64,000 nucleotides of DNA from an uncultured Candidatus Micrarchaeota archaeon (GTDB lineage Archaea > Micrarchaeota > Micrarchaeia > Micrarchaeales > Micrarchaeaceae): positions 1 through 64,000 of the forward strand of contig CAVUGN010000011.1 of assembly GCA_963741095.1 (NCBI GenBank), given 5' to 3'. Shown piece after piece: positions 10,855 to 21,376 of this stretch. The notes beneath the pieces are model-generated. The model did no database searches. It had not been told where the DNA came from and saw only the letters and a list, made by a program, of their open reading frames with translations. How positions within the stretch are numbered: the stretch's first letter is position 1; each line of letters begins with the position of its first letter. A program made the position numbers and the translations under genes.

Positions 10855-11175
10855 ATGGGATTCTACGGCATGCTTCTGGGCCTTACTCTGCTTTTTTCAG
10901 CGTTACTTGTGGCAAACTTGTCGCAAAAAACTTCGATGACGGCTAGTTTCTCTAACGACTTCAACTCCTACTCAAACATACAAAAGATAGAGATGTTCAA
11001 AAATATCATAGAAAGCACGCAGACCCAAAGCAACAGCATGGCATACCCCGATTGGCTCAATTCGCTGTGCACCAGCGCCAACATCGACGGTGTGAACATG
11101 AATGTCTCGAACGGCACCATACTGATAAGCACAAAATCAATGCCAAAGGTCTACGCCGTGGTGCAAGTCGGTTAA
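10855..11175 (+). CDS. Pilus-locus small secreted/membrane protein
   Basis: N-terminal hydrophobic helix; last gene of operon. Confidence 0.55.
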   Translation: MGFYGMLLGLTLLFSALLVANLSQKTSMTASFSNDFNSYSNIQKIEMFKNIIESTQTQSNSMAYPDWLNSLCTSANIDGVNMNVSNGTILISTKSMPKVYAVVQVG

Positions 11176-11209
11176 GAATTAAAAGGGTTGTCCTGCATTA
11201 TATAAGCAT

Positions 11210-11282
11210 GGCCTTAGTGGTGTAACGGCTCGCACGGAAGACTGTGGATCTTCTAGCCCGGGTCCGACTCCCGGCTAAGGCC
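11210..11282 (+). tRNA. tRNA-His (GTG)
   Basis: Acceptor gccttag/ctaaggc, anticodon arm gaaga-ctGTGga-tcttc, encoded G-1. Confidence 0.9.
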
Positions 11283-11332
11283 CATTTACGCTAAGACGGG
11301 AACAGAATTGTACTAACCCATATTGCGGTAAT

Positions 11333-11938
11333 TTGATGGAATTCGAATTTGATAGTAAAAATTTAAAGTTCGATAAAGTGCTCTCTGAGTTAGATAAGCT
11401 CGTACTAGATTTTGTAAGCCTTCTGACTCTTTCCAAGATCAAGTATGTGCTAGTTAGCGGTTATGTGGCAATCCTTTTAGGCAGAACCAGAACAACTGAA
11501 GACATAGATCTTTTTATAGAAAAAGTGGATATGTGGCCTTTTACTGAGTTCTTCAATTTGCTAGAAAAACACAACTATTGGGTAATAAATTCAGATTCAT
11601 GCGAAGACGCATTCGATATGCTCAACAGCGCACTGTCTATTAGAATAGCAAAAAAGGGCGATGCAGTACCAAATTTTGAAGTTAAGTTTGCAAAAAAAGA
11701 CATAGATTTCCTATCTTTGAACAACCCGCTTAAAGTTACCTTGAATAATCACAAGCTACTGATGTCCCCCCTGGAGATACAAATACCTTTCAAAATATAC
11801 TTGGGGAGCGAAAAGGATATAGAGGATGCAACACACATATATGAACTGTTCAAAGAAAAACTTGACAAAAAACTAATGGAAAATATCGCAAATAAACTGA
11901 AAGTAAAAGAAATGATGATAGAATATGGAATGCTCTAA
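11333..11938 (+). CDS. Nucleotidyltransferase-fold protein (AbiEii/DUF6036-like)
   Basis: VSGYVAILLG..RTTEDIDLF and KDIED motifs; AT-rich, adjacent to tRNA-His. Confidence 0.6.
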   Translation: MMEFEFDSKNLKFDKVLSELDKLVLDFVSLLTLSKIKYVLVSGYVAILLGRTRTTEDIDLFIEKVDMWPFTEFFNLLEKHNYWVINSDSCEDAFDMLNSALSIRIAKKGDAVPNFEVKFAKKDIDFLSLNNPLKVTLNNHKLLMSPLEIQIPFKIYLGSEKDIEDATHIYELFKEKLDKKLMENIANKLKVKEMMIEYGML

Positions 11939-12164
11939 ACGTGATACAAAAGAAAGGCTAAATTTTGTCCGATTTTGGGCAGACTACGTTAAACACGCGC
12001 CGAACGACGTATGGTCAAAACAGCAGAATGTACTAATAAATTCTGTAATGAAATCTGCAAGCCAAGACGTTATATTGTACTTAAAAGTAAAAAAATCTGT
12101 AGCGGCTTCAATCAGAACGCTAAATCGCTTATCAAAGGCCCAGTCAAAACATATCATTCCCTAA
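11925..12164 (+). CDS. Small hypothetical protein, probable partner of upstream NTase
   Basis: Overlaps NTase stop; 79 aa. Confidence 0.45.
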   Translation: MECSKRDTKERLNFVRFWADYVKHAPNDVWSKQQNVLINSVMKSASQDVILYLKVKKSVAASIRTLNRLSKAQSKHIIP

Positions 12165-12212
12165 TCCTGCTGAAGATGAAGCATAATTATAAGTATTATT
12201 TACCCCGATTCA

Positions 12213-12899
12213 ATGAACATGGCCTTCACACTTCGGACTCAAAATGAGCGCGTGCATAATGTGCGCCTTATTGCTTCCGACTGGAGCGGTGTGATAAGCG
12301 ACGACAGGCGGCCGGTGTACGAATCGAACATGCGGTTGTTTGAAGCGCATGGGAAAACCCGCGTCCCTTTCGAAAAATGGCTGCCAGAGACGACGCTGAC
12401 GCCAATAGAATCTTTTGCAAAGCATGGAATCACTGGTGATCCGAAAACGCTCTTCGATGAGTACAGGAGCGCCTATGCGAAAGTGAAAAGCGAAGGGCTG
12501 AATCCTAAAGCGTACCCTGATTCGAAGACGGTACTGAAATTCCTATTCGACATCGGATTTCCCGTGGTCGTCATAAGCAGCCATCCGAGCGAGCATCTTA
12601 TGGACGAGGCTTTGGAGTACGGCGTAAAGGGCTACATACGGTCATTCCTGGGGAATGTTAACGACAAAACGAGCGGGCTTTTGAGGGTCTGCCTCGGAAT
12701 AGGCGAAAAACCCACCGATGCCATATATCTTGGTGATACTGTTTACGACATCCGGGCAGCAAAGAAAGCCGGAGTGCATTCTGTCGGCGTGGCTACCGGC
12801 TATCATACTAAGGAAAGGCTAGTAGATGAAAATCCAGACTTCGTAGTGGACTCATTGACAGAATTCCAGAATACGATCACCAAATTTTTGAGAAGATAG
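12213..12899 (+). CDS. HAD-family phosphatase
   Basis: DWSGV motif I; YLGDTVYDIRAAKKAG motif IV. Confidence 0.85.
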   Translation: MNMAFTLRTQNERVHNVRLIASDWSGVISDDRRPVYESNMRLFEAHGKTRVPFEKWLPETTLTPIESFAKHGITGDPKTLFDEYRSAYAKVKSEGLNPKAYPDSKTVLKFLFDIGFPVVVISSHPSEHLMDEALEYGVKGYIRSFLGNVNDKTSGLLRVCLGIGEKPTDAIYLGDTVYDIRAAKKAGVHSVGVATGYHTKERLVDENPDFVVDSLTEFQNTITKFLRR

Positions 12900-12915
12900 G
12901 CTGCTGTAAAAGATC

Positions 12916-14439
12916 TCAGAAGACGTTGAGCGCCCACCATCGCATTATCTTCTTCAATTGGATCCTCCACGCGCTTGTGTTCTTCTTTATGTCGTTTACC
13001 ATCGACTTGTAGATCACTTTCTCCTGCGCGTCGAGCTTGCCCTCCTTGACTATCTCCTGCTTCTTGCCGTCAACTATCTGCGTTTCCGTCTTGCTTATGA
13101 CGTCCTTCTTCACCATCGAGTACCATTCGTCGAGGCTGCTGCCGCCGAAGTCCTTGTCCTTCAGCGTGGCGAGCACGTCCCCCATCGTCAGCTTCCTGCC
13201 CTTCTTGGTCTCGTACTCATGAAGCAGCGGGCGCATCGCAGCTCTGTCGACCGCGCGCTCTATGTCCGCCGGCGAATAACCCGCTGTCGCCCTGGCAAGC
13301 CTGCCGTAGCCCATGTGGCCCCTCGGCTTGTTTCTGGTGTAGTACTCGAACATCGCCTTCCTGTGCTTGTATTTCGGCGGCGAAAGGTACACGCTGTCGC
13401 CGAACCTTCCCGACCTCTTGAGCGCAGGGTCTATGTCCCACGGCTGGTTCGTCGCGCCTATGACGTATATGCCCTCAGGGTTCGATTCGACGCCATTCAT
13501 CTCGACCAGGAACTGGTTGACCGCAAGCCTCATCGCCTGGCTCTCTCCGCCTTCGCCACCGCCTCCTCCGCCTCTCTTGACTCCGAGCGCATCGAGCTCG
13601 TCGAAGAATATGATGCAGGGCGTGCTCTTCCTCGCCTGCTCGAATATCGCGTGCAGGTTCTTCTCGGTGTTGCCCGTGTACATGTCTATGATCTGGTTTA
13701 TCCTTGCTATGATCACGTTTGCCTGCGCCTCTCCTGCTATCGCATTGACTATGTGGGTTTTTCCGACTCCGGGCGGGCCGTACAGCAAAAGACCGACCCC
13801 AAGCTTCTTGCCGTACTTCTTGAAGAGCGCAGGCTCCTTTATCGCAAGTATTATGTTGTCCTGAAGGAACTTCTTCGTCTTGTCAAGCCCTATCACCGAA
13901 TCGAACTTGACCTTGGACTTGTAGAACGATAATTTCTTTATCTGGCCCTCCTCTATCTTCTCCTCGCCAGCCTCCTTCATGCTCGTTTCCTCCTTGACGC
14001 CCATCGCCTCGGCGTGTATGAGCGAGTCTATGCGCTCCAGTCTGTTTTTCGCCTCGACGTAGTCCGGCTTGTTCGACAAGGATTTCTCATACCAGCGCTT
14101 CGCCTCGACGTAGTCCTTCGCGCCTTCGGCCATGTCCCCTATGAGCAGCGGCGCGTCCGCGCTGGCCGGCTGCAGCTTCAGGACCACCTCAAGGTCGTCC
14201 CTCGCCGCGGAGAAGTTGTTCATGACCCTTTCGGTCAGGGCCCTGTTGAAATAAGCGTCAGCGTAATTCTTGTCTATCCCTATGGCTGTGGTGTACTCCT
14301 TCACGGCATCCGCGAACTTGCTCTCCTCGAAGAATGAGTTGCCCGCTTTCCAGTGCTCCTTCGCCTCGGGATTGACCACCCAGCCTACGCTGGACTTGCC
14401 CGGCTCCTGGGTCTCCTTCGGTTCCGCCGCGTCCGCCAT
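12916..14439 (-). CDS. TPR-domain AAA+ ATPase (Cdc48/Vps4-like AAA module)
   Basis: N-terminal TPRs; GPPGVGKT, IIFFDELD, ATNQPWDIDPALKRSGRF. Confidence 0.88.
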   Translation of the reverse strand: MADAAEPKETQEPGKSSVGWVVNPEAKEHWKAGNSFFEESKFADAVKEYTTAIGIDKNYADAYFNRALTERVMNNFSAARDDLEVVLKLQPASADAPLLIGDMAEGAKDYVEAKRWYEKSLSNKPDYVEAKNRLERIDSLIHAEAMGVKEETSMKEAGEEKIEEGQIKKLSFYKSKVKFDSVIGLDKTKKFLQDNIILAIKEPALFKKYGKKLGVGLLLYGPPGVGKTHIVNAIAGEAQANVIIARINQIIDMYTGNTEKNLHAIFEQARKSTPCIIFFDELDALGVKRGGGGGGEGGESQAMRLAVNQFLVEMNGVESNPEGIYVIGATNQPWDIDPALKRSGRFGDSVYLSPPKYKHRKAMFEYYTRNKPRGHMGYGRLARATAGYSPADIERAVDRAAMRPLLHEYETKKGRKLTMGDVLATLKDKDFGGSSLDEWYSMVKKDVISKTETQIVDGKKQEIVKEGKLDAQEKVIYKSMVNDIKKNTSAWRIQLKKIMRWWALNVF

Positions 14440-14442
14440 AAG

Positions 14443-14925
14443 TCAGTCGACCTTTATAATAGTCTGACCGTTGTCTAATTTATACCTTTCTTGGACGCCC
14501 ATCTTCTCCATCCTGTCGAGAAGGGCGTTGAGCTGTTTGTCCACCTGGACTATGCCCTTGTCCTCCCTTCTCGTGTTAACAAATTCCAGTTTCTTGAAAT
14601 GCGACGCAAGCGTTCTCACGATCCCGTTCATCTCCATGAGCTTGCCGGATTTGACCTTGTACCTGCCGTTTATCTGCCTTATCACCAGTTCGCTGTCCGA
14701 GTACAGCCTTATGTCCGTCTCCTTCGGATCCTTCAGGCTGTCCCTACACCATTCCAGCGCCAATATCACCGCCCTGTACTCTGCGTAGTTGTTAGTCTCG
14801 ACCCCGTTGTAGGAGAAATGCTTTGAAACGACCTTGCCGTCCCTGTGGGCCATGTACCCAGAAGCGCTTGGCCCCGGATTGCCTCTCGCAGCCCCGTCGG
14901 TGTATAATGTAATCATGCCTTGCAA
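14443..14925 (-). CDS. rnhA: Ribonuclease HI
   Basis: YTDGAARGNPG, TNNYAEY, YSDSELV. Confidence 0.9.
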   Translation of the reverse strand: MQGMITLYTDGAARGNPGPSASGYMAHRDGKVVSKHFSYNGVETNNYAEYRAVILALEWCRDSLKDPKETDIRLYSDSELVIRQINGRYKVKSGKLMEMNGIVRTLASHFKKLEFVNTRREDKGIVQVDKQLNALLDRMEKMGVQERYKLDNGQTIIKVD

Positions 14926-14994
14926 GTTCGCACCCAGAACATAATTACCTGCAGATATTTATAATTGACCTGAGATTTCGATAGCAGTGGGCCG

Positions 14995-15603
14995 ATGCAC
15001 ATATACGGCGTGGATGACGGCACGGAGCTGGTGAAGGCAGCAAGGGGCAGCATCGAGCTCTACCTCACCACAAGGAACTTCGAGAACAGCGTGGTGACCA
15101 AGAGCACCTCGAAGTTCGTGGAGAAGTACGGGATATTCGTCACTCTGGAGAATTACCAGACCGGAGAGCTGCGCGGCTGCATAGGCTTTCCAAGAGGAGG
15201 ATCGCCTATAAGCGAGAGCGTGGTCGAGGCATCGATCGCCGCAGCCTTCGAGGATCCAAGGTTCGTGCCCGTGTCAAAGGCGGAGCTGGACGATATCCTG
15301 ATCAGCGTCAGCATACTCTCAGAGCCGGTTCCGATAAAGGGCGGAGCCGCGGAGCGAAAGAAGAGCATAAAGATCGGCCGAGACGGGCTGATTGTTGAGT
15401 ACGGCCATTATAGCGGCCTTTTGCTGCCGATAGTCGCGGTGGAGCAGAAATGGGACGAGGAGCAGTTCCTGAACGAGGTGTGCGTAAAAGGAGGGATTCC
15501 CGCCAACTACTGGCTGCAACCCAACGTAAACCTCTACAAGTTCGAGACCCAGGTCTTCAAGGAGGAGACCCCCGGGGGCAGGATAGTCGAGCTGCAGTAT
15601 TGA
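14995..15603 (+). CDS. AMMECR1-family protein
   Basis: LRGCIG, AAFEDPRF, GLLLP motifs. Confidence 0.9.
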   Translation: MHIYGVDDGTELVKAARGSIELYLTTRNFENSVVTKSTSKFVEKYGIFVTLENYQTGELRGCIGFPRGGSPISESVVEASIAAAFEDPRFVPVSKAELDDILISVSILSEPVPIKGGAAERKKSIKIGRDGLIVEYGHYSGLLLPIVAVEQKWDEEQFLNEVCVKGGIPANYWLQPNVNLYKFETQVFKEETPGGRIVELQY

Positions 15604-15721
15604 TGGCAAAATCCGTTCGCGCCGCTCATCCGCAACATCGATGAAACAGAATGGATTTTAAAGTATCGTACGCTTAAATTTAATCGGCAAGACGCAGTCA
15701 TGCCCACTAGGGAAAGATATC

Positions 15722-16540
15722 ATGGAAGAATACAGGGATCTAGACATCCTTTCAAAAAAAATAATCATAGCCGATCTCGACGGCACCCTAGCCGAGAGCA
15801 AGAGCGACATGGACAAAGAGATGTCGGACATCATCGTGAAGCTCCTGAAATACAAGGCGTTCGCGGTGATAAGCGGCGGTGCGTACTCTCAATTCCAGAT
15901 ACAGTTCGTCAAAAACCTATCATGCCCCGAGGACCTGATATCGCGGCTGTACCTTTTTCCGACCTGCGCCACCACGTTCTACATGCACAAGAATGGAACG
16001 TGGAAACAGATCTACTCGGAAGACCTGTCGAGCGATGAGAAAAGCAGGATATTCAACGCTTTCGATGTCGCGCTCAAGAAGACTGGCTTCAAGAGGCCGG
16101 AAACGCTGCACGGGGATCTCATAGAAGACCGAGGCACGCAGATCACCTTCTCCGCGTTCGGGCAAAAAGCGCCCCTCACGCTGAAAAAGGCCTGGGATCC
16201 AGACACCAAGAAGAGGAACGCGATAGTCAATTGCATGAAAGAGCTGATACCAGATCTGGAGATCAGGATAGGCGGCTCGACATCGATAGACGTTACAAAG
16301 AGAGGAATAGACAAGGCGTACGGAATAAAGAAGATAAGCGAACACCTGGACTACAAGATAAGCGAGATGCTGTTCGTGGGCGACGCGCTGTTCAAGGGCG
16401 GCAACGACTATCCGGTAAAAGAGGCCGGCGTCGACTGCGTGAGCGTGAACGGGCCTTCCGAGGCCAAGCGCCTATTCACGGAAATAATAAGGATAAGCGA
16501 AGTCGGCGGAAGGAGCCACGCAAGATCGCTGCTCGAATAG
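15722..16540 (+). CDS. HAD-IIB hydrolase, phosphomannomutase-like
   Basis: DLDGTL, GGSTSIDV, FVGDALFKGGNDY. Confidence 0.8.
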   Translation: MEEYRDLDILSKKIIIADLDGTLAESKSDMDKEMSDIIVKLLKYKAFAVISGGAYSQFQIQFVKNLSCPEDLISRLYLFPTCATTFYMHKNGTWKQIYSEDLSSDEKSRIFNAFDVALKKTGFKRPETLHGDLIEDRGTQITFSAFGQKAPLTLKKAWDPDTKKRNAIVNCMKELIPDLEIRIGGSTSIDVTKRGIDKAYGIKKISEHLDYKISEMLFVGDALFKGGNDYPVKEAGVDCVSVNGPSEAKRLFTEIIRISEVGGRSHARSLLE

Positions 16541-16576
16541 GATAGTGATAAAAAGGTTCAAATTCATGATTTAGTG

Positions 16577-16651
16577 GGGCTCGTAGCTTAGCCTGGTTGG
16601 AGCGCTCGACTGATAATCGGGAGGTCCGGAGTTCAAATCTCCGCGAGCCCA
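16577..16651 (+). tRNA. tRNA-Ile (GAT)
   Basis: Acceptor gggctcg/cgagccc; anticodon loop ctGATaa; T-loop ttcaaat. Confidence 0.93.
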
Positions 16652-16673
16652 TCATAATAAACGGTAATCCGGC

Positions 16674-17165
16674 ATGACGAAAAAACTCAGGATCGGGTGG
16701 TTCTCCTTCACCTGCTGCGAAGACAGCACGATGATATGGATAGAGCTGATGAACGAAAACTTCTTCAAGTGGAAGGAGCTCCTTGACATACGCTACGCAA
16801 GAGCGCTGAAAAGGAACAACAAGATAAAGGACCTTGACGTCGCCTTCGTGGAGGGGGCCATAACAACCGAAAAGGACGCCAGGAGGCTGTTGATGATAAG
16901 AAAGAACTCAAAGAAGCTGGTCGCGATAGGCTCCTGCGCGGTCAATGGCATGCCCGCTGCGCAGAGGAACCTTTTCGATGCCGAACTGAGGAAGGAGATA
17001 GAATTCCTGATAGAAAGGTTCAAGCAGACTGACAAGGTAAGGGCGGTCAAGGACGTGGTAACCATAGACGACGCGGTCCAAGGGTGCCCGATGGCGGAAG
17101 AGGCATTCCTGAGCGTGCTTGACAAGTACCTGAGGGAATTTGGTGTTATAAATGCACAGGGATGA
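16674..17165 (+). CDS. [NiFe]-hydrogenase small subunit (short form)
   Basis: FTCCEDS, VEGAI, AIGSCA..G, GCP. Confidence 0.85.
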   Translation: MTKKLRIGWFSFTCCEDSTMIWIELMNENFFKWKELLDIRYARALKRNNKIKDLDVAFVEGAITTEKDARRLLMIRKNSKKLVAIGSCAVNGMPAAQRNLFDAELRKEIEFLIERFKQTDKVRAVKDVVTIDDAVQGCPMAEEAFLSVLDKYLREFGVINAQG

Positions 17166-18429
17166 AGAGATACGCCTTGACAATCTGAGCAAGATAGAGG
17201 GACACGGCAGTCTCGACATAAAGATAGAGAACGACAAGGTAAAGTACGCAAGGCTTGAGATAACGGAAAGCAAGCGCTTCTACACCGAGGCGATACGCGG
17301 CAAGCCCGCGCTCTCGCTTCCGCTCATGACCTCAAGGATATGCGGGACCTGCAGCATAGCGCACCTCACGTGCTGCTCCGAGGCTGTTGAGGATGCGATC
17401 GGCTACACCCCATCGGACCAAACCCTGCTGTTGAGGAAGCTGTCGATGTACGGCATGATGATACGCGACCATTCCCTGCATCTGTTCCTGTTCTGCCTGC
17501 CCGACCTTTTCAACAAGGATTCCGTGCTGGATTTCGACGAGTCGCAGAACGAGCTAATCCGAAGGGCGTTCGCGATCAAGAGCGCCGGAAACAACATGTC
17601 CAAGGCCATCGCGGGGCGCGCAGTCCATGCAACCTATGCTGAAGTTGGAAGGTTCTCGCACATACCCGCCAAAGAGGACGTCAAGAAAGTCGTGGACGAA
17701 CTAAAATCGGTAAGGGGGTACGCGCTTGATTTCATAGGCCTCTTCTACAATTCCACATTCAAGATCGAGCGCGACACCAACTTCGCCGCGCTGGCAACCG
17801 AAGACTACTCATTCATTGGCGGAGACGTGATTGACGGGAGCGGATACCACATAACCGAAAAACGGTATCGCGACTACCTGGAGAATATCGTCATACCCTA
17901 CTCGGAGGCGATGGGCTACGACTTCGAGGGCAAGGAGTTCCTGACCGGGGCGCTTGCAAGGATGAACATAAACAGGGCGAACCTGCACGCAGACACGAAG
18001 ACAGATGTTTCAAAGTTCCTGAACGTTTTCCCGTCGAAGAACGTGTACCACAACAACCTGGCGCAGGCGATAGAGATAGTGCACTGCATAGACCATTCAA
18101 TAGAACTTCTAGAATCGAGCGAGTTCAAGGAGGAGCAGAACGCGACCCCTGTTGTAAAGGCAGGAGAGGGCATCGGCCTGATCGAGGCCCCAAGAGGCCT
18201 TTTGTACTACATGCTCTCGATAGACGGCGCGGGCAAGGTGAAGTACGGCAACATAATAGTCCCGACGCAGCAGAACCAGATAGGCATGGAGAAGAGCATC
18301 ATACAGATGGTGCAGGAGAACATGGACAAGGACAGAAAGCAAATCGAGTACGAGATAGAGAAGCTGATAAGGGCCTACGACCCCTGCATGAGCTGCGCGA
18401 GCCACTTCCTCAAGATAAACTGGAAATGA
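17152..18429 (+). CDS. [NiFe]-hydrogenase large subunit, group 3-like
   Basis: IEGHG, RICGTC (L1), EAPRG, DPCMSCASH (L2) plus short cleavable tail. Confidence 0.93.
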   Translation: MHRDEEIRLDNLSKIEGHGSLDIKIENDKVKYARLEITESKRFYTEAIRGKPALSLPLMTSRICGTCSIAHLTCCSEAVEDAIGYTPSDQTLLLRKLSMYGMMIRDHSLHLFLFCLPDLFNKDSVLDFDESQNELIRRAFAIKSAGNNMSKAIAGRAVHATYAEVGRFSHIPAKEDVKKVVDELKSVRGYALDFIGLFYNSTFKIERDTNFAALATEDYSFIGGDVIDGSGYHITEKRYRDYLENIVIPYSEAMGYDFEGKEFLTGALARMNINRANLHADTKTDVSKFLNVFPSKNVYHNNLAQAIEIVHCIDHSIELLESSEFKEEQNATPVVKAGEGIGLIEAPRGLLYYMLSIDGAGKVKYGNIIVPTQQNQIGMEKSIIQMVQENMDKDRKQIEYEIEKLIRAYDPCMSCASHFLKINWK

Positions 18430-18654
18430 TTAGAACTTATCCCCTTTGGAGTCAAAGGTGTAAACGCTATCCAGAAATACAGAATCTCTAATGAAGCTTA
18501 TTGGTCGAAGCCCAGCTGCGTCACCACGCCGAGCCCTCTTCCCAACCTATACAATCCTCTCATATCCTCTCGAGCCAGCCATGCTAGAATGGCGAGATGA
18601 GCCAGTGTCGGAACATTTTAATAAACTGCTTGAGATACACAAGGGGCTGGTGGG

Positions 18655-19881
18655 ATGAAGAATGTCGGTAAAATAGTGGTCGGCATATTCGTATTGGCTG
18701 TTCTGGCTGCGATTGGGTTTTTGTACCTGCACACCGGTTCATCAAGTGCAAATACCATCAACTACCAACCGATATTCCTTACGGATCCACCCTCGGTCCC
18801 TGCAGAAACTAGCGCGCTCATAATAAATTATTCCTTGTTAGAAGTGAATATCAACGGGTCGGCTGGTTCAGGATTGGTTATGGCGCCCAACGGAAGCGGT
18901 TCCATCAACCTGCTTGCGGCAACAAACTCCAGCCAACTTATGGGGGTAGCAGTCGTGCCTGCGGCAATGAAAAATGCAACAATAAATGAGGTGCGCTTTA
19001 GTATTTTCTCGGCTTCAATAACCATCAATGGAACCACAACTAACGTGATCGTGCCTAATCGCGATTTCACGGTGTACATAGTCGGCCGGAACAAGCTTAA
19101 TTCGACCACTGGCGTGATCATTGACTTCTCACCAACGATTATCACCATATACGGCAACTCTTCGACCGAATTCGCGCTTGTCCCTTCAGCAAGGGGCATT
19201 GTGGTGGCAAATGCCACATTGCACGCGCATGTGAACTCACGGATCGGAGAGAAAGTCGATCTAGACAATCTGGAAAGGGCAAGGATCGATAGCATTCGTC
19301 CTAATATAACCATAACGTCGGCATCGCTATCAACGCTTGGAAATTCTACTAGCCTTAGCATTACGGTGAAGGACAACTCCAACCAGAGCGTCATGTTGCA
19401 TAACCTGATTGTGTTTGGCAATGAGAGCGTGCATACAATACCTTTCAATGAATTCAATTCAATCGTAAGGGGGCGATTCGGCTTGGGCATAGGCGGCTCA
19501 GAAGTTTTTGGAATGGGTGGCATCGGAACCTGGCAAAATGAGTCTACCAACACGACCCCGCATAACAATTTCGAAGTTCAAGGCGCACTCAGCGTTGGCA
19601 TCGTTTCGCAGTCATTGAAAGTGCTGAACTTCCTTATCGCGGACAACGGAACCTTGGTCCTGCCGCGCACTAGAATAGGGGTGGACAACATCCTCCAGCA
19701 AAACAACGGACTCGGCGGATACAATCTAAACTCCGGCTCCAGCACGACCTTCACCTTCAACGGTCCGATATCCTATGGCTTCGGGCACGTTACCATCGAA
19801 TCGGTGGCTGGTGACACTTATCGACTAGTTGTCTCAGGCGAGGAAGGAGCACGCGCGACCGCAAACCTGATTGCGACTTGA
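18655..19881 (+). CDS. Membrane-anchored extracellular protein (DUF4382-like)
   Basis: N-terminal TM then LTDPP motif; many N-x-S/T sequons. Confidence 0.55.
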   Translation: MKNVGKIVVGIFVLAVLAAIGFLYLHTGSSSANTINYQPIFLTDPPSVPAETSALIINYSLLEVNINGSAGSGLVMAPNGSGSINLLAATNSSQLMGVAVVPAAMKNATINEVRFSIFSASITINGTTTNVIVPNRDFTVYIVGRNKLNSTTGVIIDFSPTIITIYGNSSTEFALVPSARGIVVANATLHAHVNSRIGEKVDLDNLERARIDSIRPNITITSASLSTLGNSTSLSITVKDNSNQSVMLHNLIVFGNESVHTIPFNEFNSIVRGRFGLGIGGSEVFGMGGIGTWQNESTNTTPHNNFEVQGALSVGIVSQSLKVLNFLIADNGTLVLPRTRIGVDNILQQNNGLGGYNLNSGSSTTFTFNGPISYGFGHVTIESVAGDTYRLVVSGEEGARATANLIAT

Positions 19882-19921
19882 TTCCACCCAAACTGCTTGA
19901 CCTGTCAAATCCCTAATCAAA

Positions 19922-21376
19922 CTAATTGCAAGTGTAGTTTTTAGGGAACGCTATATAGAAGTTCGTAAAGTTTACCGTCCTTGTCACATTATTGAAGTTT
20001 ATTGGGGAATTGTTTGAGCCCATGTCCGTAAAGAATACGATCGGGTAATGCTCTATGCTTGAATTGTAATAGTAAGGCGAATGGGCCTTTATGCCAGCAT
20101 AAATCAGATACACCCAATCATTCGATACGACATCACAACCGCCAAGCCCTTGCGAGGCAAGACTGTTGGCCACCGTTTTATAGATGGGATTTGTGGAGCC
20201 GTAAGCCCCAAAACCATGGTCTGTGTACAGAGAATTATATGCATAAACCAGCATGCCAACCGTGATAAGAAACAACAAGACTGCAAGATATGCGTGTAAG
20301 TCTTTACCGAAGGGCAATCCCACCTTAATGTCCGATAGATCGGTGATGGCTATAATCAGAGCCAAAGCAATTCCCAAGTATACCAGATAAGCCTCTCTAG
20401 GCAAATCGTTGATGGAACCGGAAACTGCAGTCAAAAGCCAGCCAAACGAACCGACAAGAAGCGAAGCAAAGACAACCTTATACCTATAATTAATCTTTAT
20501 CCTGTTTGTTATACCATCCTTCTTTTTATTGTACAGATGCCTGGCTAACAGAGCAATCATAAAAATCAGAAAAGCCGGCAGTAGATAGGGCAAAACCAAT
20601 TTCAACGACTCTACGATTATGGAAATAGAGAAAAGCCCCTGGGCGTCTCCAGAGAACGAGTTTATGGATGTCAAATAGCTCCATACGGGATTGTGAAAGG
20701 TTATGGTGTTGAAAATCAACCATGGCAGTGTGATCATCATGAACGCGACAAACGCCTTTTTCCTTACCTTATCGGGCATCACCAGGAGCAACAACAGAAA
20801 TATCAGCGAATCGTATTTCGCCAAGCCCGCGATTGCCAAGAAAATTCCTGACTCCCATCTTTTTTTGAATACAAGTCCTATAAAGACGAGTAGAAAACTC
20901 ATGGATACAATTTCTGCACCGTTCAACATCAAGAAGAAGAATATCACACACGGCGTAAAGAATAACAAAGTAATCAAAAGTGGATCAGTCTTGGTACTTT
21001 TCGACAGATAAAGAAGGGACGCTAAAAGCAGAAGAAGCGCAAACGTTAGATAAAGGGGTACGCCGATGCCAGTGCCCAATGCCATAAACGGTAGCATCAG
21101 AACGCCTATCAAAGGGGGCCTAAGAGTTTCGAAATAAAATGAATTTTCATAGCTTATGGCATTACCAAGGTTCCCATTAAAAAACGCAGAATAAAATTTT
21201 GCGGTAAGCAAGGATTTAGCGTAGAGCACCTCCGCAACAAAATCCCACCGTATCCCGCCAATTCTGTATGCGGCAAGAACAATTGTCAAAGCGAACGCAA
21301 ATATCACAAAGATTAGCACTATAGATAAAACAGAGATTACCTGTTTTTTGCGATTTGACACGATACCCTCCCTCAA
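19922..21376 (-). CDS. Polytopic membrane glycosyltransferase (GT-C fold-like)
   Basis: About 12 TM segments; ETLRPPL and GLAKY loops. Confidence 0.55.
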   Translation of the reverse strand: MREGIVSNRKKQVISVLSIVLIFVIFAFALTIVLAAYRIGGIRWDFVAEVLYAKSLLTAKFYSAFFNGNLGNAISYENSFYFETLRPPLIGVLMLPFMALGTGIGVPLYLTFALLLLLASLLYLSKSTKTDPLLITLLFFTPCVIFFFLMLNGAEIVSMSFLLVFIGLVFKKRWESGIFLAIAGLAKYDSLIFLLLLLVMPDKVRKKAFVAFMMITLPWLIFNTITFHNPVWSYLTSINSFSGDAQGLFSISIIVESLKLVLPYLLPAFLIFMIALLARHLYNKKKDGITNRIKINYRYKVVFASLLVGSFGWLLTAVSGSINDLPREAYLVYLGIALALIIAITDLSDIKVGLPFGKDLHAYLAVLLFLITVGMLVYAYNSLYTDHGFGAYGSTNPIYKTVANSLASQGLGGCDVVSNDWVYLIYAGIKAHSPYYYNSSIEHYPIVFFTDMGSNNSPINFNNVTRTVNFTNFYIAFPKNYTCN

